Positions 49,595 through 59,435 of a stretch of 64,000 nucleotides of DNA are shown here, piece after piece; within the stretch, counting starts at the first letter, position 1, and the number at the start of each line of letters is the position of its first letter. The notes under the pieces were generated by a model that made no database searches, was not told where the DNA came from, and saw only the letters and a program-made list of their open reading frames with translations. The stretch covers positions 1,134 through 65,133 of the IMG/VR virus record IMGVR_UViG_3300044617_001934. One strand, given 5' to 3'. The position numbers were made by a program, and so were the translations under genes. This DNA comes from a virus. Lineage: Duplodnaviria; Caudoviricetes.

Positions 49595-50689
49595 CTATAA
49601 TTTATTATCAAAAGCAGAATGTGTCCTGGACATGGGAAGAGACACGCTTAAAGGCAGTCCATAAATTCTTGCTGTAGCTGAAGTAAAAGGAACACAAAAC
49701 ACCCTTCCATCAGGTAAAAGCACCCCTCCAACAAACGCAGCACCACCAGGATAAGTACCTGATGGAGTCGTCAATGTATCAGTAATAGGATTGTAAATTC
49801 TTGCTGTAGTTGAACTGTGGGGAACACAAAACACCCTTCCATCAGGTAAAAGCACCCCTCCATAAAACGCAGTACCACCAGGATAAGTACCTGATGGAGT
49901 CGTCAATGTATCAGTAATAGGATTGTAAATTCTTGCTGTAGTTGAAAGGTAGGGAACACAAAACACCCTTCCATCAGGTAAAAGCACCCCTCCACCAAAC
50001 GCACCACTAGGATAAGTACCTGATGGAGTTGTTAGGGTATCAGTAATAGGATCGTAAATTCTTGCTGTAGTTGAACTGTAGGGAACACAAAACACCCTAC
50101 CATCAGGTAAAAGCACTCCTCCAATAAACGCAGACCCACCACCAGGATAAGTACCTGATGGAGTCGTCAATGTATCAGTAATAGGATTGTAAATTCTTGC
50201 TGTAGCTGAAGTAAAAGGAACACAAAACACCCTTCCATCAGGTAAAAGCACTCCTCCAGCAAACGCACCACTAGGATAAGTACCTGATGGAGTTGTTAGG
50301 GTGTCAGTAATAGGATTGTAAATTCTTGCTGTAGTTGAACTGTAGGGAACACAAAACACCCTACCATCAGGTAAAAGCACCCCTCCAACAAACGCAGCAC
50401 TAGGATAAGTACCTGATGGAGTTGTTAGGGTATCAGTAATAGGATCGTAAATTCTTGCTGTAGTTGAAAGGTAGGGAACACAAAACACCCTTCCATCAGG
50501 TAAAAGCACCCCTCCATAAAACGCATTACCACCAGGATAAGTACCTGATGGAGTTGTTAGGGTGTCAGACAAAGTTCCGTAATTGTAATTACGGGCTGCC
50601 ATAAAATTGGCAACAGGTTCAAGAGGAAAATAGTAGTTTGGGAAAGGATAGCTCTTATTCAAAACTACAATTCTAGTAGAAGGTCTCAT
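49595..50689 (-). CDS. seven-repeat Kelch-like beta-propeller protein
   Basis: 7 x 42-44 aa GGVLLPDGRVFCVP..TARIYNPITDTLTTPSGTYP. Confidence 0.85.
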   Translation of the reverse strand: MRPSTRIVVLNKSYPFPNYYFPLEPVANFMAARNYNYGTLSDTLTTPSGTYPGGNAFYGGVLLPDGRVFCVPYLSTTARIYDPITDTLTTPSGTYPSAAFVGGVLLPDGRVFCVPYSSTTARIYNPITDTLTTPSGTYPSGAFAGGVLLPDGRVFCVPFTSATARIYNPITDTLTTPSGTYPGGGSAFIGGVLLPDGRVFCVPYSSTTARIYDPITDTLTTPSGTYPSGAFGGGVLLPDGRVFCVPYLSTTARIYNPITDTLTTPSGTYPGGTAFYGGVLLPDGRVFCVPHSSTTARIYNPITDTLTTPSGTYPGGAAFVGGVLLPDGRVFCVPFTSATARIYGLPLSVSLPMSRTHSAFDNKL

Positions 50690-51969
50690 GGTGCAAAACT
50701 CCTTGCGCGTATGGTTGCTGTTTCACTGTTTGCAGCGGGTGTAAAAGCACCTAAAGTTACCAGATACCCCCACAATGAGGTGCTGCCAGGTGCTAACTTA
50801 AATAGTTGGTTGATGCTGAAACTTTCCGCTACTACACTACCACCTCCTCTAGCAAGAGAAGCAAATAAGTTAAAGCCGTTTGGATTAAGGATACTAGATC
50901 TATCTCCACTATTTAAAGAGTATGGTAAATTATCAGTGATTGCGCTTGGTGGTGGACTTGAGTATAGGTAAATTGCAAAGCTACCCATACCACTAGGCAA
51001 TGATGTGATATTGAAAATAATATCTAGTGAGTTTAAGAAAATAAATCCACCACTAGCACCTATATTCGTTAATTCAAAGGCAGACCCATAAACATCATTA
51101 GCTGTGTAAGGTGTAGTATTAGCTGCACGGGTGATAGTTGTTGTTGATAAGTAAGCTAATCCTGCTGGAGCGACAGCCATACTCACAGGTTGTGTAACAC
51201 CACTTCCATCTACCAATAGCCTAGTTGCACTTACAGTTAAATTACTAGGTAGCTTATTATTAATGCTTGTTAAGTTTCCTCCAGACTCAAGAGCTAGTGC
51301 TGAAGTATTTAGATTAGTGCCAGCATTAGCTGTGAAGCTGGTATTAGTAAAAGTGAGGCTTGGTGCAGTACCTATGTTTACAGTAGGTGTAGTTGCAAAC
51401 GCTGGTAAAGTACCACTAATACCTACAGAAGTTGGTGGAGTGAGTGCTGTAATTTGTGTAGCAGGTAAAACAACTGGCGTACTGGCAGAAGCCAAAGCTT
51501 GACCTAATGCCGGGGTTTTTGTGTCTATATTTGCTAATGAAGTGTTGCTAGTGGACTGTAAAGCTGAAGTAGCAGCACCGCTTGGTAATGGTAAAGAAGT
51601 AGCACTTACAGGCTGCGTAGCTTGCCAAAATGTTCCACTAACAGGTATAGGATTACCAACATCATTGGAAATTTCTAGATTTGCATTATCAACCGTGACA
51701 TTCAAACTAGCCACATCAACAGGTATTTTTCCGCCAACTAAGGTTGGTAGCCTGTCAGTGATTAGTTTCCAAATAGCTGATAACCAGCCTAGATTACCTT
51801 CACCACCCGTAGGTATGGTTGCATCGTCTATTTTAGTGCCAAAATTGACACTAACTGTATCCATTGGCGTACTTGTAGATAGAAACCCATCAGAATTAAC
51901 TCGGATGGTTTTTAATTCTCCGTTTTCATCAATACCACTTATAGGTTGTGATCTACTATAATTTGTCAT
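50686..51969 (-). CDS. Thr/Ser/Ala-rich virion fibre-like protein
   Basis: 427 aa; VSGTFWQATQPVSATSLPLPSGAATS and TRAANTTPYTANDV motifs seen in phage fibres. Confidence 0.65.
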   Translation of the reverse strand: MTNYSRSQPISGIDENGELKTIRVNSDGFLSTSTPMDTVSVNFGTKIDDATIPTGGEGNLGWLSAIWKLITDRLPTLVGGKIPVDVASLNVTVDNANLEISNDVGNPIPVSGTFWQATQPVSATSLPLPSGAATSALQSTSNTSLANIDTKTPALGQALASASTPVVLPATQITALTPPTSVGISGTLPAFATTPTVNIGTAPSLTFTNTSFTANAGTNLNTSALALESGGNLTSINNKLPSNLTVSATRLLVDGSGVTQPVSMAVAPAGLAYLSTTTITRAANTTPYTANDVYGSAFELTNIGASGGFIFLNSLDIIFNITSLPSGMGSFAIYLYSSPPPSAITDNLPYSLNSGDRSSILNPNGFNLFASLARGGGSVVAESFSINQLFKLAPGSTSLWGYLVTLGAFTPAANSETATIRARSFAP

Positions 51970-52562
51970 ATATTAATCCCTTTTTTTTGTAATTTTTCTA
52001 AAGTTTCTGGATTATTTAAAAATTCTAAATCTCTTTTTGTTTTTAGTTCGTTTATATGTTCTTCCCCTCTTGATCTATCACTGATTTGTTTTATTAATTT
52101 TGATAAGTAAATTGGTGATTTAGATTTACATAACCATTCTATATGTCTTGTATCTGGTAATAGTAGTAGTTCGGCTAAAATGTCTATTTCAAAATTTCCA
52201 GAACTTACTATTATGTCTTCTGAGTCTTGTTTTGTTTCTACAAAATCATAACCCATTATTTTTTCTAGACCAGATAACCAATTATTTCCTTTTTGCTCAC
52301 TTGCAATAAAAAATGAGTGTCTAGCTTCTGGTACAAGATTATCTATATCTATTTTTAATAAATCTCCTAAATTTTTATAGTACGGATATAAATTTTCAAA
52401 TAATAAAGTATCTGAACTCGGTAAATAGTAATAAGGTAAAGACTTAACTCTGTTTAGTAGTTCCACATGATAAGCTCTTACTTTATTACTAATTAAAAAA
52501 ACAGGGGATTCTATTAAAATAAAGTCCCCATTTTCATAATCTAGTCGCCAAAAATCTAACAT
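51966..52562 (-). CDS. putative tail assembly chaperone
   Basis: Position directly after tail tube gene only. Confidence 0.45.
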   Translation of the reverse strand: MLDFWRLDYENGDFILIESPVFLISNKVRAYHVELLNRVKSLPYYYLPSSDTLLFENLYPYYKNLGDLLKIDIDNLVPEARHSFFIASEQKGNNWLSGLEKIMGYDFVETKQDSEDIIVSSGNFEIDILAELLLLPDTRHIEWLCKSKSPIYLSKLIKQISDRSRGEEHINELKTKRDLEFLNNPETLEKLQKKGINI

Positions 52563-53374
52563 ACAACAGATAGATTTGTATAAAGCATTTGGAAGCCTAA
52601 ACCAGTACCATCATTAGGGTCAGGCAGGATTCTGATATTTGCCTGTCTCTCTGGTTGTTGTGTAATGTCACCACCTGCTAAACGTGAGCAGTTTCTAGCT
52701 CTAAAGAAAGCTGCTTTTCCTCTGAAGTCAATCCCCATCGCTTTAACTTCAAAAGTTTCTAATAGATTACTTGTTGCTAGGGTGACGTTTGCGAAAGTTT
52801 GAGGTAGCCAACCTTCAATTTTTGACCCAGTTGCTGCTAGTTCAGGACTGAGCGTGATTGCTAGATTTTCACCTATTATCATCTGATCCCCTACAGGCGT
52901 AGCTGCAACAATCTCGATAGTTTTTGCTAATTTTGTAGCAGGATCAATATAGTAAATTTCAGGATTAGCATTAGCCGCTTGCGCCGTCACACCAAACCCT
53001 GTTTGTCCTGAGGTTCTAGCAGGGAAAGTGGTTTTATTCGCAACTATCTCAAAGTAGGTAAACCCTGTAGTGTATGCCGAGACAGTATTAACTAAACGAC
53101 CATGAGTAAAGGTATCAAATTCAGGAGCAGCTACAGAGAAAGTAAGGTTTATCTCAGGGTTAATTTCTTCCTGATAAGTGAACTCTGTTACGATCTGTCC
53201 AGTACAGTTCCTACCTTTGAGTTCTGGTAGGTTTTCATTCATTTTAATAGCTAAACTACCAGGAGCAGTTATAATAGGCATCGGAATTTTAACAATAGCC
53301 GCTCCTACTACTGCATATCTAGAAATACCAAGTCTGGAGAAAGTTCTTAGACCATATTGAGCATTAACAACCAT
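52556..53374 (-). CDS. putative major tail tube protein
   Basis: 272 aa, beta-rich, follows gp37-like gene. Confidence 0.6.
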   Translation of the reverse strand: MVVNAQYGLRTFSRLGISRYAVVGAAIVKIPMPIITAPGSLAIKMNENLPELKGRNCTGQIVTEFTYQEEINPEINLTFSVAAPEFDTFTHGRLVNTVSAYTTGFTYFEIVANKTTFPARTSGQTGFGVTAQAANANPEIYYIDPATKLAKTIEIVAATPVGDQMIIGENLAITLSPELAATGSKIEGWLPQTFANVTLATSNLLETFEVKAMGIDFRGKAAFFRARNCSRLAGGDITQQPERQANIRILPDPNDGTGLGFQMLYTNLSVVC

Positions 53375-53378
53375 AAAA

Positions 53379-53795
53379 TCACCTCTTTAAAAGAAAGCAT
53401 AAAACAGCAATACTTATAACGTAATAATAAATTCCGTTTTGATTTCTCACGAACCTATCACTTTGTAGATAAAATTCACCTGTTGCACCATCTACACAAG
53501 GACAAAAACCAATTAGCAAATGTTCGACATTTTCTAGAAGTTCTACAGTCTTAGTCTCATTCCTTAAATCTTTTATTTCTATGGAGACTTCAAAAGATTT
53601 ATTTCCTGTTTGTAATGAAACCATTTCTGTAGTTGGTGGTTGATCAAACTGACCTCCAGAATAACCAACTCTAATTACATAATCTGAAGTTATTTTAGGG
53701 TTAGCTTCTCCATCGGTGTCATCACCAATTATCTTGGCTTGATCATTTAATGGGCTTAGTCTCTGAATGATTGCTTGTCTTAGTTCGTTGATCAT
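53379..53795 (-). CDS. Mu gp37-like tail terminator
   Basis: MINELRQAIIQRL..VGYSG..LLENVEHLLIGFCP..YYYVI. Confidence 0.7.
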   Translation of the reverse strand: MINELRQAIIQRLSPLNDQAKIIGDDTDGEANPKITSDYVIRVGYSGGQFDQPPTTEMVSLQTGNKSFEVSIEIKDLRNETKTVELLENVEHLLIGFCPCVDGATGEFYLQSDRFVRNQNGIYYYVISIAVLCFLLKR

Positions 53796-53801
53796 AACTG
53801 T

Positions 53802-54272
53802 TTAATACAAACTTAAATTAGACTTCGTAAAAACAGCATCACCACCGGGTGCATAAACTGATGTCCAATCATCTAGAGTTTGACCACGATCATCAATAAG
53901 TTGGTTTGTAGTAGGTCTTTGTGCAATAACAACACCAAGATCATCCACTAGAAGCATTTGCCCTTTTTCAATATCTTTTAACCTAGCGATTGCATTGTTA
54001 TATCTGGTAGCAAATTGTTCAGGAGCATTGTTTTGAGCCAATCTGTACCAGGCAATATCAATACAGTAGGTTTTAAGAATGTGAGGAATTGGAGAAACAG
54101 GTATAGAGTATCTAGTAGCAAGGTATGAGTTAATTTCGCCTGTTGCTGCTGATAATGTTTTTTCTAACCTAGTAGTGTTAACAGTTGTTGCACTTGGATT
54201 ATCTAGATTTGTTAGTTGTACAGTTTCTTCTGTACCTATTTCTTCCTTAAACTCAGCAGCAGTGGCGTACAT
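53802..54272 (-). CDS. Mu gp36-like (DUF1320) head-tail adaptor
   Basis: MYAT..ATGEINSYLATRYSIP..CIDIAWYRL..RYNNAIARLKDI.KG. Confidence 0.9.
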   Translation of the reverse strand: MYATAAEFKEEIGTEETVQLTNLDNPSATTVNTTRLEKTLSAATGEINSYLATRYSIPVSPIPHILKTYCIDIAWYRLAQNNAPEQFATRYNNAIARLKDIEKGQMLLVDDLGVVIAQRPTTNQLIDDRGQTLDDWTSVYAPGGDAVFTKSNLSLY

Positions 54273-54541
54273 TATGCTTCTACCTCTTCCTCTGTCTCAG
54301 TTTCTACCTGTTGTCTTCTCCGACGTGGTGTGTGGGTTGTGGGAGTAACGCTAGGAGGTATTTCTCTCTGTGTTTGTGATAGAACTGTTGATTCTTGTGG
54401 TGCTACATCTTCTACAAGAACAGCCACACCTATAGAAACTAGAGAAGTAATAACTGCTTCACTGGCAGATAATATTTCTCCGTTTCTATAATCCCTTCCA
54501 AGATGCTGCACAGGTTCAGCTATGATTTTGCATTTAGCCAT
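54272..54541 (-). CDS. small head-associated protein (Mu gp35-like position)
   Basis: PVQHLGRDYRNGE..LVSIGVA; between capsid and gp36-like genes. Confidence 0.65.
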   Translation of the reverse strand: MAKCKIIAEPVQHLGRDYRNGEILSASEAVITSLVSIGVAVLVEDVAPQESTVLSQTQREIPPSVTPTTHTPRRRRQQVETETEEEVEA

Positions 54542-54553
54542 TTTGTTTAGCTC

Positions 54554-55546
54554 CTATGCAACAGCAGATTTAATTAAGTAACCAGAGATGATCAAGCCAG
54601 AACCATCATCAACCCCAGTATTCACAACTTCACGGTCAAAGTCTAATTTATAGAAGGTATAACCTTTTTCTTCATTGCGACCGGGATCGTACATCAGGGG
54701 ATTATTGCGGTAAACGTAAGTGTACCCGAAGCTAGGCTGCATGATGTTAATAGCACCAGTTGGACGGTAGGGGAGACGATCAGCATCTAAAGCATCTGGG
54801 TTAGTGTAAGCTAACACCATATCTTTAGCCATAATTTTGGTACGAGAACCATTAACCTTACGAATAGCATTACAGACTCTTACCCTCCGCATTCCAAAGA
54901 TACTAGCTAGAATATCCTCTGTTAGTTGCTGTCTTAATCCTGAAGGTGAGTTATCAGTAAAATTTCTAGAGTATTTAACAGCAAGTGCGTCAAATACGTC
55001 ACGTCCCAAAATCATTACGTTAGGATCAACACCTACCTGAGAGGAAATAGCTGATTTAGCACCACGAATAACGGGATCAGGATCTACGTTAGCTTCGTTA
55101 AACTGAGAACCAGCGGTTAATGTTATGCGGTTAGTTGTGGCATAAGCGTTTACTGTGGTGGCTAGAGTAGCGCACTGGATTTCGTGCATTAAGCCAGCGC
55201 GGTTCATTACAGCTTTTGCAGCCATATCACCCCAGTTAACTCTGAGGTTTGTCATTTGTTCCCGTTTTTTATCGGGTAATTTGTATTTAATCCCTTTGGT
55301 TTTTATTGTGAAAGGTTTACCGTTGAAGGTATCCTCAATTTCTGGGTAGTCAGAACCATCTGCTCTGTTATCATCAATCTCATCATAGGCTGAATCATCA
55401 AATGATACAATCTGACCGCCGTAATCATTAACTTCAGCCAAAGGATATAGTAATTTCATTACATAATCGGGCTGGACAAACCCCTGAGCTAGTTGTGTCA
55501 AGGGTAAGTTAATATTCAGCCGAGAATCGTATAAAGAAGTAGGCAT
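54554..55546 (-). CDS. major capsid protein
   Basis: 330 aa; LTQLAQGF..LYP..GVDPNVMILG..PSFGYTY..GYLIKSA; after protease and decoration genes. Confidence 0.85.
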   Translation of the reverse strand: MPTSLYDSRLNINLPLTQLAQGFVQPDYVMKLLYPLAEVNDYGGQIVSFDDSAYDEIDDNRADGSDYPEIEDTFNGKPFTIKTKGIKYKLPDKKREQMTNLRVNWGDMAAKAVMNRAGLMHEIQCATLATTVNAYATTNRITLTAGSQFNEANVDPDPVIRGAKSAISSQVGVDPNVMILGRDVFDALAVKYSRNFTDNSPSGLRQQLTEDILASIFGMRRVRVCNAIRKVNGSRTKIMAKDMVLAYTNPDALDADRLPYRPTGAINIMQPSFGYTYVYRNNPLMYDPGRNEEKGYTFYKLDFDREVVNTGVDDGSGLIISGYLIKSAVA

Positions 55547-55568
55547 TTTAGAATTTCTCCTTTAAAAA

Positions 55569-55934
55569 TTAAGCTACTGCACTAGATAGAGAACGTGGAT
55601 AGACCTCTACAAACTGTCCTGCTGTTGAGGCTGTTTGACCAGGTTTGAGAATAGCTGCTACAACATTAGTAGCTGTCCAGGGAATTAACCGACCCTGAGC
55701 ATCCGTCATTAAACGTTGCTCAGATCCGTTAATTGCCGCTCCGGCTTCGGCGATCGCTGTTTCACCTAAAACAACCCGTCCAGATGTTCCGGCTAAAATA
55801 TCTTCATCGGCGATTCCAAGAATCACAGAATTTGCTCCGGCTTGAGCGTGTGCCATAGTGACAGCACGTTTGGCTGTGATATTTGCTGATGGTGTAACAG
55901 TGACAACTCTAGTGGCAATCTGTTGTTTAGACAT
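55569..55934 (-). CDS. capsid cement/decoration protein (DUF2190-like)
   Basis: LGIA..AIAEAGAAI..LMTDAQGR..AGQFVEV. Confidence 0.8.
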   Translation of the reverse strand: MSKQQIATRVVTVTPSANITAKRAVTMAHAQAGANSVILGIADEDILAGTSGRVVLGETAIAEAGAAINGSEQRLMTDAQGRLIPWTATNVVAAILKPGQTASTAGQFVEVYPRSLSSAVA

Positions 55935-55950
55935 AGGTAGTTTCCTTTAA

Positions 55951-57432
55951 TTAGTAACTAATATTGAGTGCAAGCATAGCCTTTGAATAATCAGCAGCTT
56001 TTGTGTGATCTTTGTTGTGTTGTTTACACCAACCAACGATAGCTTGATGCTGTTGTACAGATTGAGAATTTGTACCTTTAGGAACTTCTGAGAAATCAGG
56101 ATTAACCGGATCTTGCTCATCCTTAACGATGGTTTCATTAAAGTTCCAAGCGGGGCGATCTTCTAAATCTTCCATCAATACTTGACGCGGTGTTTTTAAA
56201 CCGATAGCATCGGAAAATTCCACTTCTGAATTATTTGGGGTATTTAGAATAAGGGTAATTGTGTCAGCTTTTTTAGAAGCTTTCACTTTGCCTTCCGATA
56301 CTAAACCCTCAACAAAACTGGAGACTTCTCGGTATTCTAAAGCACGTTCTCTGGCAAAAACAGCGTCTTCTCGTTCTTTAAGCTCCTGTTCTTTCTCTGT
56401 GAGAAGTTCAGACATTTCCACATTCTTCATAGCCATTTTTAGATAGCCATCAAGTTGTTTACGCTGCTCTTTAGTTGGTTCTGTTTCACCTGACAAGATG
56501 GATTCAACATCAGCCTCATCCATACCTAAAGCATCAGCAGCATCAGCAGCAGTTAACCCTGCCATTTTCATTTTTGATTTGTAATCTTTCATTTCTTCAT
56601 AAGAGTAAGGTTTATATTCTTCATCTTCATCGTCTTCTGATTTGGAATAGCTTAACTGCATTCCCAATTCAGAAATTTGACTTTGAAGATCAAAGATTTG
56701 TTGCTGTTTAGCATTATCCAGATCAGACATCATACGGAGTTCATTAATTTTGTCTGATGGTAAAACGCGATCAGCAGTTTCTAAATCCTCTTTTTCAATT
56801 AGATATTCTCTATAATTTTGAAAAAGATCAGCTACGGTTAACCAGGGTGACATTCCCATAATTTTTCTTCCATAATTTTTAGTTTTACAACCACAAGTAA
56901 AATCGGCTATACCCACCTCTTCACTAAATTCTAGATTTATCGGATATTCACTAAATTCTGACCAGTTAGAGGGTGGCTCAGGTAATGGTGCTAATCCTTT
57001 ACAAGCTGGTGGTGTAGAGCCTAATCCGGCAATGTGTCTAAGTGACCATTTCCCTGGATAGGGATTGTTGGGGCTGTTAGGTAGATAGAAACTAGAAGAA
57101 ACAGAATGTATCTGCTTATTTCTCACCCATTCAGCGAAGTTTTTAGAGAGTTTGTCAAATTGAGCATATAACCTGTTCCCTACTCTCTTTAATTTCTTAG
57201 GTATTCCATGACAAAGCTCTTTAGATTTAGAAACTGTACTATCTGTATAGTTTCCAATGTCATGTCCTAAATTCTCACTAACTAATAAAGGAGCGCGAAA
57301 ATAACCAGGATTATATGTTTCTACAACCTGCTGTAAATCTTCCTGCGTGATTGTAGTCATCATGCCGTTAGCTGCGGGTCTAGTCCCTGCCAAAAATATT
57401 TCTATTTCATATAAGTCATTTTTCACTTTCAC
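55951..57432 (-). CDS. Mu-like prohead protease/scaffold with internal XRE-like HTH
   Basis: EIFLAG..APLL..GH..VSSSFY..LRHIAGLGSTPPACKGL; coiled-coil scaffold; GLTAADAADALGMDEADVESILSGETEP. Confidence 0.85.
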   Translation of the reverse strand: MKVKNDLYEIEIFLAGTRPAANGMMTTITQEDLQQVVETYNPGYFRAPLLVSENLGHDIGNYTDSTVSKSKELCHGIPKKLKRVGNRLYAQFDKLSKNFAEWVRNKQIHSVSSSFYLPNSPNNPYPGKWSLRHIAGLGSTPPACKGLAPLPEPPSNWSEFSEYPINLEFSEEVGIADFTCGCKTKNYGRKIMGMSPWLTVADLFQNYREYLIEKEDLETADRVLPSDKINELRMMSDLDNAKQQQIFDLQSQISELGMQLSYSKSEDDEDEEYKPYSYEEMKDYKSKMKMAGLTAADAADALGMDEADVESILSGETEPTKEQRKQLDGYLKMAMKNVEMSELLTEKEQELKEREDAVFARERALEYREVSSFVEGLVSEGKVKASKKADTITLILNTPNNSEVEFSDAIGLKTPRQVLMEDLEDRPAWNFNETIVKDEQDPVNPDFSEVPKGTNSQSVQQHQAIVGWCKQHNKDHTKAADYSKAMLALNISY

Positions 57433-57547
57433 TAAATAAGAGTAAATATCGTTTTATACAAAATAACATTAAATATTTTAGATATGTGTTATTATTATTA
57501 AGGATATCCTACGATATCCTTAAAATATTTTATAATCCATTGGCAAA

Positions 57548-57778
57548 ATGACTACCTATAAACCACCAACTTATACGCCCTGTGAGAACCTTAGAAAAAT
57601 AAGAGAAGAAAAAGGACTAACACAAACTCAGTTGAGTAGACTGTTAATCCTTGCTGGTTACAATATTTCTGCCAGTTATATTAGTCGGTTTGAGCTAGGT
57701 TACACAAAACCTTGGGCAAATGCTAAAAAAGGAATATCTGAGGTTTTAGAGACAGATGAAAAAATATTATTTGGGTAG
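57548..57778 (+). CDS. XRE-family HTH transcriptional regulator
   Basis: LRKIREEKGLTQTQLS..ISASYISRFELGYTKP. Confidence 0.85.
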   Translation: MTTYKPPTYTPCENLRKIREEKGLTQTQLSRLLILAGYNISASYISRFELGYTKPWANAKKGISEVLETDEKILFG

Positions 57779-57802
57779 ATAAAATTATTTTTTCTAAAAC
57801 AC

Positions 57803-57831
57803 TTGACATTACCGGTATCCTGGGATATATT
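57803..57831 (+). promoter_or_regulatory. sigma70-type promoter TTGACA-17-TATATT
   Basis: Read directly upstream of 57851-58123. Confidence 0.65.
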
Positions 57832-57850
57832 ATAAAAAGCAAGAAAAAAA

Positions 57851-58123
57851 ATGAAAGAAAGGAGAAAGACGATGTTCGTAACTTTTGAAACAGAGACAAC
57901 TTTTATAACAATAAACATATCAAAAGTAGATACTTTTGATACAGAAGCCCTTGTAAGGTTTGCTGCTAACCAGTTAGGTGTAGATTATTTAGACTTTTTT
58001 AAGCCTGGCGCTGTTGCCAGGACTAAAATTAGTAACGTAGATTGGCAACCTCTTGTAAACAAATACAGGAGGGAGAATGTCATAATGAAACGATCTCCTA
58101 GAAAGTTTGCTTTTGTTATGTAA
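57851..58123 (+). CDS. hypothetical protein
   Basis: 90-aa ORF; probable start 57872 after AGGAG. Confidence 0.65.
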   Translation: MKERRKTMFVTFETETTFITINISKVDTFDTEALVRFAANQLGVDYLDFFKPGAVARTKISNVDWQPLVNKYRRENVIMKRSPRKFAFVM

Positions 58124-58187
58124 TCCAAATAACACATGGTTTTATAAAACCATGTGTTAACTTATTATAAAGCACTACTAAAAAGTG

Positions 58188-59018
58188 CTATTTCTTATTT
58201 TTAATATCATTAATTGCTTCATAAATTGCTGTCTGAACAGGAGTAGGACTTTTAATATCCTTATAAAATCTGTGAATGTGTCCCTTATGTTTCACCAACG
58301 CTTTAGGATCATTCTCCTTAGCAAATTTAATTAGGTCTAATGCTAAATCTTGTACTTGCTTTTTAAAGTTAAGAGTTGGATACTTTTCCTCTATCTCTTT
58401 AGTGTTTATTTTATGTTGATCAATTATATCCTCTGACCCTAATTCTCTGTCAAGGAGATCAACTCTTTTGTCTTTTAGTAACCTAGAAGCACTACTTAGT
58501 CTTACTCCAATCTGTGTCTCATTGCTTGGCAACGAATCATCAAATGTAATGATTGTCCCTAATTTGTCCAGGGCTTCTAAGTTTTCGGGGGTCAGTCTAG
58601 GTAAATTACCAAACGCATTTTGTGTTTTATCCACTTTGTTGACAGATATTTCAGATTTCTTTTTAGCTTGTAGCTCTAAAAACTCAGCATAAGTTTTAGC
58701 CTGACCTTCTATCGGATTTTTACAAGGCTTATCTTGATTTCGACACACAGCACCACAAGGGTAAGTCTTACTAGGGTTGCAAGTAATTGTTCTATTCTTT
58801 TGTTGTACTCTCAATCCTGGTTTTATAACATTGGACATCTTAGCAAAAGAGGCACTATCATCAAAATTCAATAATTCCTGAAAGCTGCTAAAAAATAGCT
58901 CTGATTCATTTTCTCTAAGTTCCGATATCCTAGCAAAAGGTATAATTTCTTCTGTAAAATCCACACCCTGATCAGCAATAGTATATTCTCTCAAGTTGGT
59001 AAATAAAGTTGAAAGCAT
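58188..59018 (-). CDS. leader+Cys4 family protein 3, unknown C-terminal domain
   Basis: LFTNLREY..DFTE..CNPSKTYPCGAVCRNQDKPC..GQAKTYAEFLELQAK. Confidence 0.75.
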   Translation of the reverse strand: MLSTLFTNLREYTIADQGVDFTEEIIPFARISELRENESELFFSSFQELLNFDDSASFAKMSNVIKPGLRVQQKNRTITCNPSKTYPCGAVCRNQDKPCKNPIEGQAKTYAEFLELQAKKKSEISVNKVDKTQNAFGNLPRLTPENLEALDKLGTIITFDDSLPSNETQIGVRLSSASRLLKDKRVDLLDRELGSEDIIDQHKINTKEIEEKYPTLNFKKQVQDLALDLIKFAKENDPKALVKHKGHIHRFYKDIKSPTPVQTAIYEAINDIKNKK

Positions 59019-59080
59019 TTAGCAATTCTCCTAAATCTATAAATAAAATCAGCCAAGAACAAACTTAGCTGATAGAGTAA

Positions 59081-59404
59081 TTAATTTTTTTCTGCCTGTT
59101 CCCGTCGTAGTGCTTCACGGTCAACAGGACGGTACTCTAAGTTAAAATTACCACCAGAAGATGTGATTTTAAACCTAAACTCTCTAGCTCTTGATCCTAT
59201 TTTTCGATCAACAAATACGCCGGAAGTAATAGATCCTGGTGCGGGATCATCATCTTCTCTCACATCATCAGCTTTATCAGTGTAAGTCTGATTAATGAGA
59301 TTGATTAAACCAGCTTTGCGGAATTGTTTTTGCTGCTCAGGATTCAGAGACTCGAAATATTCTTGGTACTGATCAACTGTGGGATTTTTTGGTAGTGTTT
59401 TCAT
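59081..59404 (-). CDS. stand-alone copy of a domain also found inside 62115-63602
   Basis: LINQTYTD..SGVFVD..REFRFKIT vs IIEESYTD..SGIFFD..KRYQFEVT. Confidence 0.7.
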   Translation of the reverse strand: MKTLPKNPTVDQYQEYFESLNPEQQKQFRKAGLINLINQTYTDKADDVREDDDPAPGSITSGVFVDRKIGSRAREFRFKITSSGGNFNLEYRPVDREALRREQAEKN

Positions 59405-59435
59405 GCTTTTTAATATCCTTAATTATTTGAGTGTA

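Noticed and set aside
49595-50689. Diversity-generating retroelement or CRISPR array as the source of the repeats
   Set aside because: Repeats are in-frame coding units with no unique spacers; no reverse transcriptase or template repeat in the window
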